From NCBI GenBank assembly GCA_002377855.1, contig DFQQ01000017.1:298-64297 (forward strand): DNA of 64,000 nt, read 5' to 3'. The position numbers and the translations under genes were made by a program. This document shows positions 33,343-41,122 of the stretch, in pieces (position 1 is the first letter of the stretch; each line of letters starts with the position of its first letter). This DNA comes from Acidovorax delafieldii. Its GTDB lineage: Bacteria > Pseudomonadota > Gammaproteobacteria > Burkholderiales > Burkholderiaceae_C. Under the pieces are notes generated by a model. The model did no database searches and had not been told where the DNA came from. It saw only the letters and a program-made list of their open reading frames with translations.

Positions 33343-34350
33343 ATGGCAAAACCCATCAGCCTTACCCGGTACCTCGTCGAGCAGCAGCGCGTCGACGGTC
33401 ATATCCCGTCCCAACTGCGCCTGCTGCTGGAAGTCGTGGCACGGGCTTGCAAGCGCATCAGCCAATCGGTCAACAAAGGCGCACTCGGCGGTGTGCTGGG
33501 CAGCGCGGACAGTGAGAATGTGCAAGGTGAAGTTCAGAAGAAGCTGGACATCATCGCCAACGAAGTGCTCATCGAGGCCAACGAATGGGGCGGCCACCTG
33601 GCCGCCATGGCCTCGGAAGAAATGGACGGCATCTACCTGGTGCCCAACCGCTACCCCCAGGGCGAATACCTGCTGCTGTTCGACCCCCTGGATGGCTCCA
33701 GCAACATCGATGTCAACGTGAGCATCGGCACCATCTTCAGCGTGCTGAAAAAGCCCGACGGTGACCGTGGTGTGGAAGAAGGCGACTTTCTGCAACCTGG
33801 CAACCAGCAAGTGGCCGCTGGCTACTGCATCTATGGCCCGCAGACCACCCTGGTGCTCACCGTGGGCGACGGCGTGGCCATGTTCACGCTCGACCGCGAG
33901 CAGGGCTCCTTCGTGCTCACGCAAGAGAACGTGCGCATTCCTGAGGACACCAAGGAATTCGCGATCAACATGAGCAACATGCGCCACTGGGATGAGCCCG
34001 TCAAGCGCTACATCGACGAATGCCTGCAGGGCAAGGCCGGCCCGCGCGGCAAGGACTTCAACATGCGCTGGATCGCCTCCATGGTGGCCGACGTGCACCG
34101 CATCCTCACCCGCGGCGGCGTCTTCATGTATCCATGGGACAAACGCGAGCCCAACAAGCCGGGCAAGCTGCGCCTGATGTACGAAGCCAATCCCATGGGA
34201 TGGCTGGTGGAGCAGGCCGGCGGAGCAGCCACCAACGGCAAGGGTCGCATCCTGGACATTCAGCCCCAGCAACTGCACGAACGCGTCAGCGTCATCCTCG
34301 GCTCCAAGAACGAGGTGGAGCGGGTGACCCAGTACCATTCAGGGCTATAA
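33343..34350 (+). CDS. fbp: class 1 fructose-1,6-bisphosphatase
   Basis: 335 aa with [23 protein letters not shown] and a typical FBPase I layout. Confidence 0.93.
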   Translation: MAKPISLTRYLVEQQRVDGHIPSQLRLLLEVVARACKRISQSVNKGALGGVLGSADSENVQGEVQKKLDIIANEVLIEANEWGGHLAAMASEEMDGIYLVPNRYPQGEYLLLFDPLDGSSNIDVNVSIGTIFSVLKKPDGDRGVEEGDFLQPGNQQVAAGYCIYGPQTTLVLTVGDGVAMFTLDREQGSFVLTQENVRIPEDTKEFAINMSNMRHWDEPVKRYIDECLQGKAGPRGKDFNMRWIASMVADVHRILTRGGVFMYPWDKREPNKPGKLRLMYEANPMGWLVEQAGGAATNGKGRILDIQPQQLHERVSVILGSKNEVERVTQYHSGL

Positions 34351-34362
34351 TTTGATGCTGAC

Positions 34363-34438
34363 GCCGGTGTAGCTCAGTCGGTAGAGCAGCTCATTCGTAA
34401 TGAGAAGGTCGGGTGTTCGATTCATCTCTCCGGCACCA
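34363..34438 (+). tRNA. tRNA-Thr (anticodon CGT)
   Basis: A 76-nt cloverleaf folded by hand: acceptor GCCGGTG/CTCCGGC (one T-T mismatch at 6:67), D arm GCTC-AGTCGGTA-GAGC, anticodon loop TTCGTAA, T arm GGGTG-TTCGATT-CATCT, and encoded CCA. Confidence 0.85.
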
Positions 34439-34439
34439 A
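34394..34439 (+). repeat. attL core (tRNA-Thr 3' half)
   Basis: ttcgtaatgagaaggtcgggtgttcgattcatctctccggcaccaa is identical to 63769-63814. Confidence 0.9.
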
Positions 34440-34599
34440 TAAAATCAACGACTTACAAGTCGTTATTGTTCCAAGTGCCGTCTCCTGTCACACTCAAGTC
34501 ACAGTAGACGGCACAATTTGGCAGCACTGCACAACAGTGCCATCTCTCTCCAGCCAGTTTTGTGCCGTCACATTTCGCTGACCGTACACAAAACACAAC

Positions 34600-35733
34600 A
34601 TGGCTGCAATCCGTGAACGCAAAGACCAAAACGGCAAAGTGAGCTACCAAGCTCAGGTCCGTATTCAAGGCTATCCGCCGCAGTCGAAAACTTTCTTACG
34701 AAAGACCGACGCCAAGCAATGGGCCATCCAGACGGAAACCGAAATCCGCACTGGCATGACCATCCGGAAAAACTCTGCCAGCAAGCACACCGTGCGCGAG
34801 ATGCTGGAGCGCTATCGCGACAACGTGCTGACCGACAAAGCCAACGGCGGCAAAGACCACAAGACGCACATCGCGTGGTGGATTGACGAGCTTGGTCACT
34901 ACGCCCTATCCGAAGTCACAACCGATCTTGTGACACGGAGCATCGACAAGTTCAAAAAGTCGAAGACACGGCTTGGGAAGCCCCCTGCCCCAGCGACCGT
35001 CCTACGGTACATGATGGCGCTTTCGCATGCCTTCACCGTGGCGCGCAAGCAGTGGAACTGGTGCGAGTCTTCGCCTGTTGAAAACGTGCAGCGGCCGAAA
35101 GTCAATAACGAGCGCACACGGTATCTGACCGACGCAGAGCGCGAGTCTTTGCTCGATGCCTGCAAAAATTCAGCGAACCCCGATCTGTACTTGGTAGTGG
35201 TGTTGGCGATCTCGACCGGCATGCGCAAAGGCGAGATCATGGGCATGCGCTGGCAAGACATTCACACAGCCCCAGACCAGAGCTTCACCCGCGTACATCT
35301 GACCAAAACCAAGAATGACAAGGCACGGTCAGTGTTGCTCACGTCCCTAGCGCTGGAATTGCTGGAAGAACGTCGCGCGAAGGTGATTCAAAGCCGGGAA
35401 GTCAAAGTGGCTACCGGGCTAATTTTTCCAAGCTCCGTGAACGCCGACATACCCGTCGATCTTCGCAAACCATGGGGTGCTGCACTAAAGACCGCTGGCA
35501 TTGAAGAATTTCGCTTCCACGATCTCCGGCACACGACGGCGAGTTACCTGGCAATGAATGGCGCCAGCCTTCTATCTATCAGCAAGGTGCTTGGCCACCA
35601 GACCACCAAGATGACGGAGCGGTACTCCCACTTGGCCACGTCTCACATTGACGAAGTAGTCCGGAGCATGAACGCAAAGAAGTTTGGAACCGCAAATGAG
35701 CCCTCCCCTGCCAACCAAGCCAGCGAAGACTGA
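34600..35733 (+). CDS. int: tyrosine-type site-specific integrase
   Basis: 377 aa. Catalytic-region motifs MRKGEI (Arg), RFHDLRHTTASYL (H-x-x-R) and TERYSH (Tyr). Starts 160 bp from the tRNA. Confidence 0.9.
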   Translation: MAAIRERKDQNGKVSYQAQVRIQGYPPQSKTFLRKTDAKQWAIQTETEIRTGMTIRKNSASKHTVREMLERYRDNVLTDKANGGKDHKTHIAWWIDELGHYALSEVTTDLVTRSIDKFKKSKTRLGKPPAPATVLRYMMALSHAFTVARKQWNWCESSPVENVQRPKVNNERTRYLTDAERESLLDACKNSANPDLYLVVVLAISTGMRKGEIMGMRWQDIHTAPDQSFTRVHLTKTKNDKARSVLLTSLALELLEERRAKVIQSREVKVATGLIFPSSVNADIPVDLRKPWGAALKTAGIEEFRFHDLRHTTASYLAMNGASLLSISKVLGHQTTKMTERYSHLATSHIDEVVRSMNAKKFGTANEPSPANQASED

Positions 35734-35827
35734 GCCCATCCACATCACGCCATCCCGCGCACTTTGACAGCCTTCTTCGCATTGATTAAAATGTGTACAC
35801 ACTGATTCACAAACAAGGAGTTCTGCT

Positions 35828-36100
35828 ATGGAAGCCACGAAGGTAGGAATCCGCGAGTTCCGAGCGGACTTGGCTGAGTACATCGCGGCCAGCAGCCCTG
35901 TTGCTGTGACTCGTCACGGCCAGACGGTCGGCTACTTCATCCCCGTGCACGGCCAGGCTGAGGCGGATTTGGTGGCCTTGAAGAAAGCTAGCCAGTCGCT
36001 CGATAAGCTGTTGTCTGCGCAAGGTGTGGATGTAGAGGACATCGTTGCTGACTTCAAGAAAGCCCGCAAGAAGAGCACTACCGCTGCCAGTGCCAAATGA
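35828..36100 (+). CDS. Phd/YefM-type antitoxin
   Basis: 90 aa with the pattern IREFRADLAEYI...PVAVTRHGQTVGYFIP. AAGGAG RBS. ATGA overlap with the PIN gene. Confidence 0.75.
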   Translation: MEATKVGIREFRADLAEYIAASSPVAVTRHGQTVGYFIPVHGQAEADLVALKKASQSLDKLLSAQGVDVEDIVADFKKARKKSTTAASAK

Positions 36101-36519
36101 GCAGCGCGGCCATCGTTCTGGATGCCAACATCCTGATTCGCGCGGTGCTGGGCAAACGTGTCCGTGAATTGATCCAAGCGCATGCAGCCACCGTCAAGTT
36201 CTTCGCCCCTGATGTGGCGTATGCGGATGCACGGAAATACTTGCCTGCACTGCTGACAAAACGCAGCGTTGATCCCATCCCTGCCATGCTGGTGCTCGAT
36301 GCATTGGAGCGCATCGTCCACCCCATGGATATGGAGGTTTACGGAGGTCTCCAGCAGCAGGCATTGCGCAGGATTGAGATGCGGGATGCCGATGACTGGC
36401 CGGTGCTGGCGTGCGCGATGGTGCTTGGTTGCCCGGTTTGGACTGAGGATGCAGACTTTTTCGGCACTGGTGTGGCAACTTGGACTACCGACCGAATTGC
36501 GCTGTATCTAGGCGGGTGA
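36097..36519 (+). CDS. vapC: PIN-domain toxin (VapC-like)
   Basis: 140 aa with acidic PIN residues in LDANILI, ADDWPVLA and TEDADF. Confidence 0.8.
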   Translation: MSSAAIVLDANILIRAVLGKRVRELIQAHAATVKFFAPDVAYADARKYLPALLTKRSVDPIPAMLVLDALERIVHPMDMEVYGGLQQQALRRIEMRDADDWPVLACAMVLGCPVWTEDADFFGTGVATWTTDRIALYLGG

Positions 36520-36690
36520 TGGGGACGCGTCGACTATCGTTGACTCTTGCCGGATTCCAGAAAATGGCTTGTTGCAATCGGTCATGTACGCTCACGAGGC
36601 GAGGGTGCCCTCGCTATAGTTCTGGGCCAGTCTGGCTCCCCAGCCCCAGTTTGTGATCGAGACAAGACCCAATGACAAGAGGTATGCAGT

Positions 36691-37377
36691 TTGAAGAACG
36701 TCGGATTCGACACAGAAGAACAGTTGGTAAAAGCCATTGTGGCGTGCACTCGGCGTGCGCAGCGTCGTGACTATCGAGTCGAGTTGGAGCTAGACGCAGG
36801 TGTGGGCATCGCCGACCTCGTACTTGCAAAGAGAGCTGCAAGGACCACGGGTGCGCTCAGAGCGCTATCAAGCGTCAATCCGCGCCTTGCTGTGCTGCTG
36901 AGCCATGGTGTTGGATCAACGATCAGTACCAGAGCAGCTCTGGCAAGCGCGTTAGGCACATCTGACGGCGGGGCGCAACGCGTTCTTGCTCAGCTGTCCT
37001 CTGCTGGCCTTGCATGTGGGTCTGCTAAGGAGTTTTCTATTTCAACAGTATCTACCCTCCCGTTTGAAAGGGTGATTGCGGTTGAGGCCAAGCTCAGCGA
37101 GTGGAAACGCGTGCTTGTACAGGCATACAGGAATTTGCAGTTTGCGGATGAATCCTGGGTTGTTCTCGATCACGCGTATGTGCGGCCTGCACTAGCCCAG
37201 ATTGGCAGGTTCAAGTCTCTCGGTGTAGGTTTGGCGTCCGTTGACTGCCAAGCTGGACTCTACATCCACTCAGCCGCTGTCTTCGGAGGCCCAATGAGCA
37301 TCGCCAAAAGATGGCAGGCTCAGGCAGTGTTGGCTGCCCGGGTAGTGGCAAAGCGGCCTTTACTAGAACGTTTCTAG
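36691..37377 (+). CDS. hypothetical protein with PD-(D/E)xK-like motifs
   Basis: 228 aa. TTG start 8 nt after AAGAGG. GIADLVL ... VIAVEAKLSEWK resembles D...ExK nuclease-core strands, with a possible helical/wHTH insert between them. No family recognised. Confidence 0.45.
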   Translation: MKNVGFDTEEQLVKAIVACTRRAQRRDYRVELELDAGVGIADLVLAKRAARTTGALRALSSVNPRLAVLLSHGVGSTISTRAALASALGTSDGGAQRVLAQLSSAGLACGSAKEFSISTVSTLPFERVIAVEAKLSEWKRVLVQAYRNLQFADESWVVLDHAYVRPALAQIGRFKSLGVGLASVDCQAGLYIHSAAVFGGPMSIAKRWQAQAVLAARVVAKRPLLERF

Positions 37378-38511
37378 GGCTTCCGCCCATGAGGCAAGGT
37401 GGCCGTTTCTCCCATGTCGTTCAAGCGGAAGGCGAGACTCTAACGCCTGATACATCCGCTGTGCATGAGCTACCCGACGTTTGAGCATTGACCGTCGTTC
37501 ATCCAAGCTCATCGCACGCAACTCGTTAACGTGAGCCTGCATGTTGAGGAAATAGTGCTTGTAAAGCGCAGGTTGGTTAAACGTAGGCTCCACCGCCTGT
37601 GATAGCGCGTTCTCAGCCCACTCAGTGGGGTGATATACCTGTCGCCATATTTCCGGCGCTAGTGTCCGAATGCGTTGGGCATCTTCAAACTGAACCCAGT
37701 TCAAAAGTCCAGCCAGATATATACGCGCTTTGGGCCCTCGTACAGCACCGTCGGATTCAACAAACTTGTCTTCCGAGAAGATGCGCGTGTTCTCAAATGC
37801 GCCCATCGTGATGTTGGGATCACCGATGGCAGAGTAAAGCAGGCCTTCTGTGTTCGTGTAGCCAATCGTCAGTTGTAGTCCGGTCCCCATCACCTCCCTG
37901 AAAAACCGCAAGGTCTCCCTCAAAAAGTCAGCGTCTTGTACCTGTTTGGTGTCTCGCTCAAACTCATACATGAGATAGAGCTCGTCCACTTGGTGGAAAT
38001 GAGTAATCCAATCAAGGAGCATCCTACGCCAGCTGGCATGCCTAATCATGCTTGCCTTGACAGCGAGCGACAGGCATAGCGGTCTGTTGCCAGCAACGGC
38101 AAGAAATGGGTTAACCGAGAACTCCTCTTGCATCTGAAAGTACTCGGGATACATCTCCTTCAGGAAGCGGGTCGGAACTACGATCTTGCGAAAGCCCTGG
38201 TCGATCTGGAAATCCACACAGGCCTGCGCGACTTGGGACGAGTGTTCAGCAAATGTCCCGGTTTGAAAGCCCCCTGATGCCTGCTCAGGAAAAAAAGGAT
38301 AAGACAGCAGCTTTCGCTTGCGGGAATTCGGCAGATAGAACTGAGGGTCGAAAAGCGACGCGGCCCGCGTCGCAGGAGCGAGCTTTTCGATTGTCGGCAG
38401 CGCTTGGTGAAGTGGGCTCAGTACAAGTCCGTCTCCGCACCGCTCGCTAAGAAAAGACTCAATGTTCCAGTTCGCGTTATGTCCGACCTGATGGAGCAGT
38501 CCAAGCGGCAT
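37363..38511 (-). CDS. hypothetical protein (382 aa), downstream partner of the Ser/Thr kinase
   Basis: ATG at 38511, 6 nt after a perfect AGGAGG and 14 nt after the kinase stop. No motif recognised. The alternating hydrophobic-strand/helix pattern (FDPQFYLP, IVVPTRF, LSLAVKA, LYLMYEF, LTIGYTN, ITMGAFEN, RIYLAGL) suggests an alpha/beta fold. Confidence 0.6.
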   Translation of the reverse strand: MPLGLLHQVGHNANWNIESFLSERCGDGLVLSPLHQALPTIEKLAPATRAASLFDPQFYLPNSRKRKLLSYPFFPEQASGGFQTGTFAEHSSQVAQACVDFQIDQGFRKIVVPTRFLKEMYPEYFQMQEEFSVNPFLAVAGNRPLCLSLAVKASMIRHASWRRMLLDWITHFHQVDELYLMYEFERDTKQVQDADFLRETLRFFREVMGTGLQLTIGYTNTEGLLYSAIGDPNITMGAFENTRIFSEDKFVESDGAVRGPKARIYLAGLLNWVQFEDAQRIRTLAPEIWRQVYHPTEWAENALSQAVEPTFNQPALYKHYFLNMQAHVNELRAMSLDERRSMLKRRVAHAQRMYQALESRLPLERHGRNGHLASWAEALETF

Positions 38512-38525
38512 GCCTTTCCTCCTAA

Positions 38526-39530
38526 TTAATGGTTCTGGTTGAGGCCGCAAAGTGCCTCAAGTTGCTCAACAAAAATGTTAGGCGTGCGTTGCCGCTCAAA
38601 TTGCGCCTTCTTCATGGCTCTCTCTACGAAATCGGAGAAGGACTGCGAGACTTGCACGAGTTCAGCTAACGGCTTGGGATCGTGTTTTAGAGTCGCGATC
38701 TGAACATCTAACTGGTCCATGTCGTTATCCCAATGGAATGGATGGATACCCGACGCCAGAAGGTACATCACCACACCAATTGCAAAGAAATCCGTTTTGA
38801 AACAGATGAGCGCGCGTTCGTCCCTAAACTGCTCTGGAGCAGCATAGCCCGGGGTTAGGGGGGCAACGAAGCCGGTTTGCGTAAGTCCTTTGGCGCCTGT
38901 CTCACGGACCACGCCTAGGTCGATGACAACCACCTCCCCGTTTGGCCGAACAAGGATGTTCGGCGGTTTGATGTCGCGGTGCACAAACCGTTGTGGATGA
39001 ACCCACAGTGGCATCAATGCGTTTGCAACTCCCAGGGCGAGCGTAGCGATACGCTTTTCATCGCCGCAGTAATGCTGCCAAATGTCCTCAAGCGGGTTCC
39101 CTTCGATGAATTCTTCGATGGTCACATAGAGCCGCTCCGCAAGCGGCTCGTCGGTTTCCGGATTGGTTTTGAACAAGTTGGCGTACAGAAGCTTCGGAAA
39201 ATTGGCAGGCCTGACCGCTGCCAAGATGTCAACTTCAGCCTGAAGGCGAGCAATAGTGTTGGTGTCTGCACCAGACACCACCTTGACGACGACGTTGCCC
39301 CATGACTCCCAGCCCCATAGGAATGGGCTGTCATCTGGATCGTCAATATCCAAAACCTCAAGACTGGCGACAGCCTCCGCTGCTCTGCGCATATCCTCAG
39401 GAATCAAGGAATCTTGAAATCTCGCCAAGTACACAACACGCTGCCCGGAGGGTGCAAGGGCACGGTCGATGATTAGACTCGGCATGCAAACGCGCAACTC
39501 GTTTCTTAGACGCACTGAATCCGATGGCAA
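38526..39530 (-). CDS. Hanks-type serine/threonine protein kinase (stand-alone, cytoplasmic)
   Basis: Beta3 Lys in VVVKVV, alphaC Glu in LQAEVDIL, catalytic loop HRDIKPPNILV, DLG in place of DFG, and YAAPEQF. The Gly-rich loop is degenerate. The TTG at 39530 follows GGGAGGG; the ATG at 39485 is an alternative start. Confidence 0.85.
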   Translation of the reverse strand: MPSDSVRLRNELRVCMPSLIIDRALAPSGQRVVYLARFQDSLIPEDMRRAAEAVASLEVLDIDDPDDSPFLWGWESWGNVVVKVVSGADTNTIARLQAEVDILAAVRPANFPKLLYANLFKTNPETDEPLAERLYVTIEEFIEGNPLEDIWQHYCGDEKRIATLALGVANALMPLWVHPQRFVHRDIKPPNILVRPNGEVVVIDLGVVRETGAKGLTQTGFVAPLTPGYAAPEQFRDERALICFKTDFFAIGVVMYLLASGIHPFHWDNDMDQLDVQIATLKHDPKPLAELVQVSQSFSDFVERAMKKAQFERQRTPNIFVEQLEALCGLNQNH

Positions 39531-39706
39531 TGGAGCCCTCCCTAGCCTTGATCGTTTATCGTCGCCCCGGCGGATAGCCCGAAGCTACGTTACGAAAGAT
39601 AACAGACAAGCCGCATTGGTGGCTATTAAACAAGTGCCGAGCTGACCGCTGATACCACCGAAAATGCGACGGTCATGATGATTGGTGGGTGTAAGAAATT
39701 GATCCA

Positions 39707-40708
39707 TCACAGCAAACTCGGAATCTTCCTCCGCGCGACAGGGCGGATGTACTTGGCCAAGGTCACGTCAGACTTGTGCCCAGTCTGCTCTCGTATCTGC
39801 CACGGCTGCAGTCCCTTCTCCGCTGCGCTTGTGCAATAGCCAGCCCTCAAGCTATGGCCGCTGACTTTCTTCGCGTCCCCGCCAACACGCTCCACAGACG
39901 CCTTCACCACTAGCGCCACGGACTGCGCGGACAAACCCAGCCGTGCAACGCGGTCATGGCGGCTGACGGCACGAAACACAAACCCCTCATTGATCCCCGA
40001 AACTTCCAGCCAACGCGCGAGGGCTTGGACTGGACAACGCTCTCCACTGGCATGCGGGATGAACACCGTACGACCATGGCCTTCTTGATCGGTCTTGCTA
40101 GATGGCAAGAAAATCTCCACCCCATTGGCCAGATAGGTCAGATGCTCCACTTGTACCGACACAAGCTCAGACCTGCGCATGGCTGAAGCAAAGCCAACGA
40201 GCAGCAGTGCACGATCACGCGCTGCTTTGACTGGCTTCTTCTGCTGGTCGATCATGACCAGCGCCGCCAGCAGATCATCTTTGATCATTGGCTGAACTTG
40301 CCGCTGCTTGGTGCCAAGCGTTCGGCGAATGCCTTGCATGACGCGCTTCACCGTCTCACTCCGGGCCGGAGATTCCATAGATTTTTCGAGATGAGCCTTG
40401 TGGATCGCGGTCACCCGTCGCTCCAAGGTCGCTACCGACAATTTTTCCGCGCACCGGGCCAGGTACTCGGCAAGAGCCGCCGGGCTGGCCGGAACACTCC
40501 CGCCACTGGCAAAAAAATGCTTCAAATCAGAGGCATATGCACGCTTCGTAGCCGCTGACTGACTGGCCGCGATGAACAGCTCGGCGGTGGCCGAAAAACC
40601 GCTCAGAACGCCCTCTGGCGGCATTTGCAGTGTGCGGTTGGACGTGGTGGTGGTGCGAGCAGACAAAGCTGCGCCAGCGCCCTCCTGCGGAGTGCGAATT
40701 TTCTTCAT
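39707..40708 (-). CDS. second tyrosine recombinase / site-specific integrase
   Basis: ATG at 40708 (MKKIRTP...). N-terminal SAM-like region TKRAYASDLKHF. Catalytic motifs MRRSEL (Arg), HSLRAGYCTS (H-x-x-R) and LAKYIR (Tyr). Confidence 0.85.
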   Translation of the reverse strand: MKKIRTPQEGAGAALSARTTTTSNRTLQMPPEGVLSGFSATAELFIAASQSAATKRAYASDLKHFFASGGSVPASPAALAEYLARCAEKLSVATLERRVTAIHKAHLEKSMESPARSETVKRVMQGIRRTLGTKQRQVQPMIKDDLLAALVMIDQQKKPVKAARDRALLLVGFASAMRRSELVSVQVEHLTYLANGVEIFLPSSKTDQEGHGRTVFIPHASGERCPVQALARWLEVSGINEGFVFRAVSRHDRVARLGLSAQSVALVVKASVERVGGDAKKVSGHSLRAGYCTSAAEKGLQPWQIREQTGHKSDVTLAKYIRPVARRKIPSLL

Positions 40709-40740
40709 GGTGAGTCCTATGGACGGGTTGGAAAAACAAT

Positions 40741-40770
40741 AAAAAACGGCCCGCAAATGGGGCCGTTTTG
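40741..40770. terminator. bidirectional hairpin terminator between the helicase operon and the recombinase
   Basis: A6 run, then ACGGCCC-gcaaatg-GGGCCGT, then T4. This reads as a stem plus T-run on both strands. Confidence 0.6.
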
Positions 40771-41122
40771 GTGGTCATCTGGCAGTCGATAACTGTGTCT
40801 TATCACTACCTTGGACTGGAGAAAAAATATCCCTACGATATATAAATTGCAAACAAAGAGCCAGGCACTCCGAATTTATTATCACAGAGACCGATGTAAC
40901 TCTTCGATTGGTTAAAATATTACCCTAACAAAACTCGTTAACGCTCACGAAGTTGTCATTCTTCATAATTTCAAATAAAAGCGGGACATAAAATTAACGA
41001 TAAGGCCTGCTTTAAATATCGTTACAGCAAATATGGCCGGATTATCTCATAAAAACCCAGTCTGCCAATCGCGGAAATTTATTTCAAACCAATAAATATA
41101 AAAACGTCAAGCTCTACTCGTA

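Noticed and set aside
33121-34338. A 405-aa minus-strand ORF, with 31361-32404 and 32459-33349 being similar cases
   Set aside because: These are antisense to fbp and pepN, which have unambiguous motifs. Their composition is typical of GC-rich shadow frames.
36614-36841. A 75-aa minus-strand ORF between vapC and the 228-aa gene
   Set aside because: It overlaps the start of the better-supported plus-strand ORF, has no RBS, and is Arg/Leu-rich.
40790-41120. A structured ncRNA (retron msr/msd-like or sRNA) in the AT-rich spacer
   Set aside because: No reverse transcriptase or other partner gene is nearby, and only short inverted repeats are visible. I cannot support an RNA gene from sequence alone.
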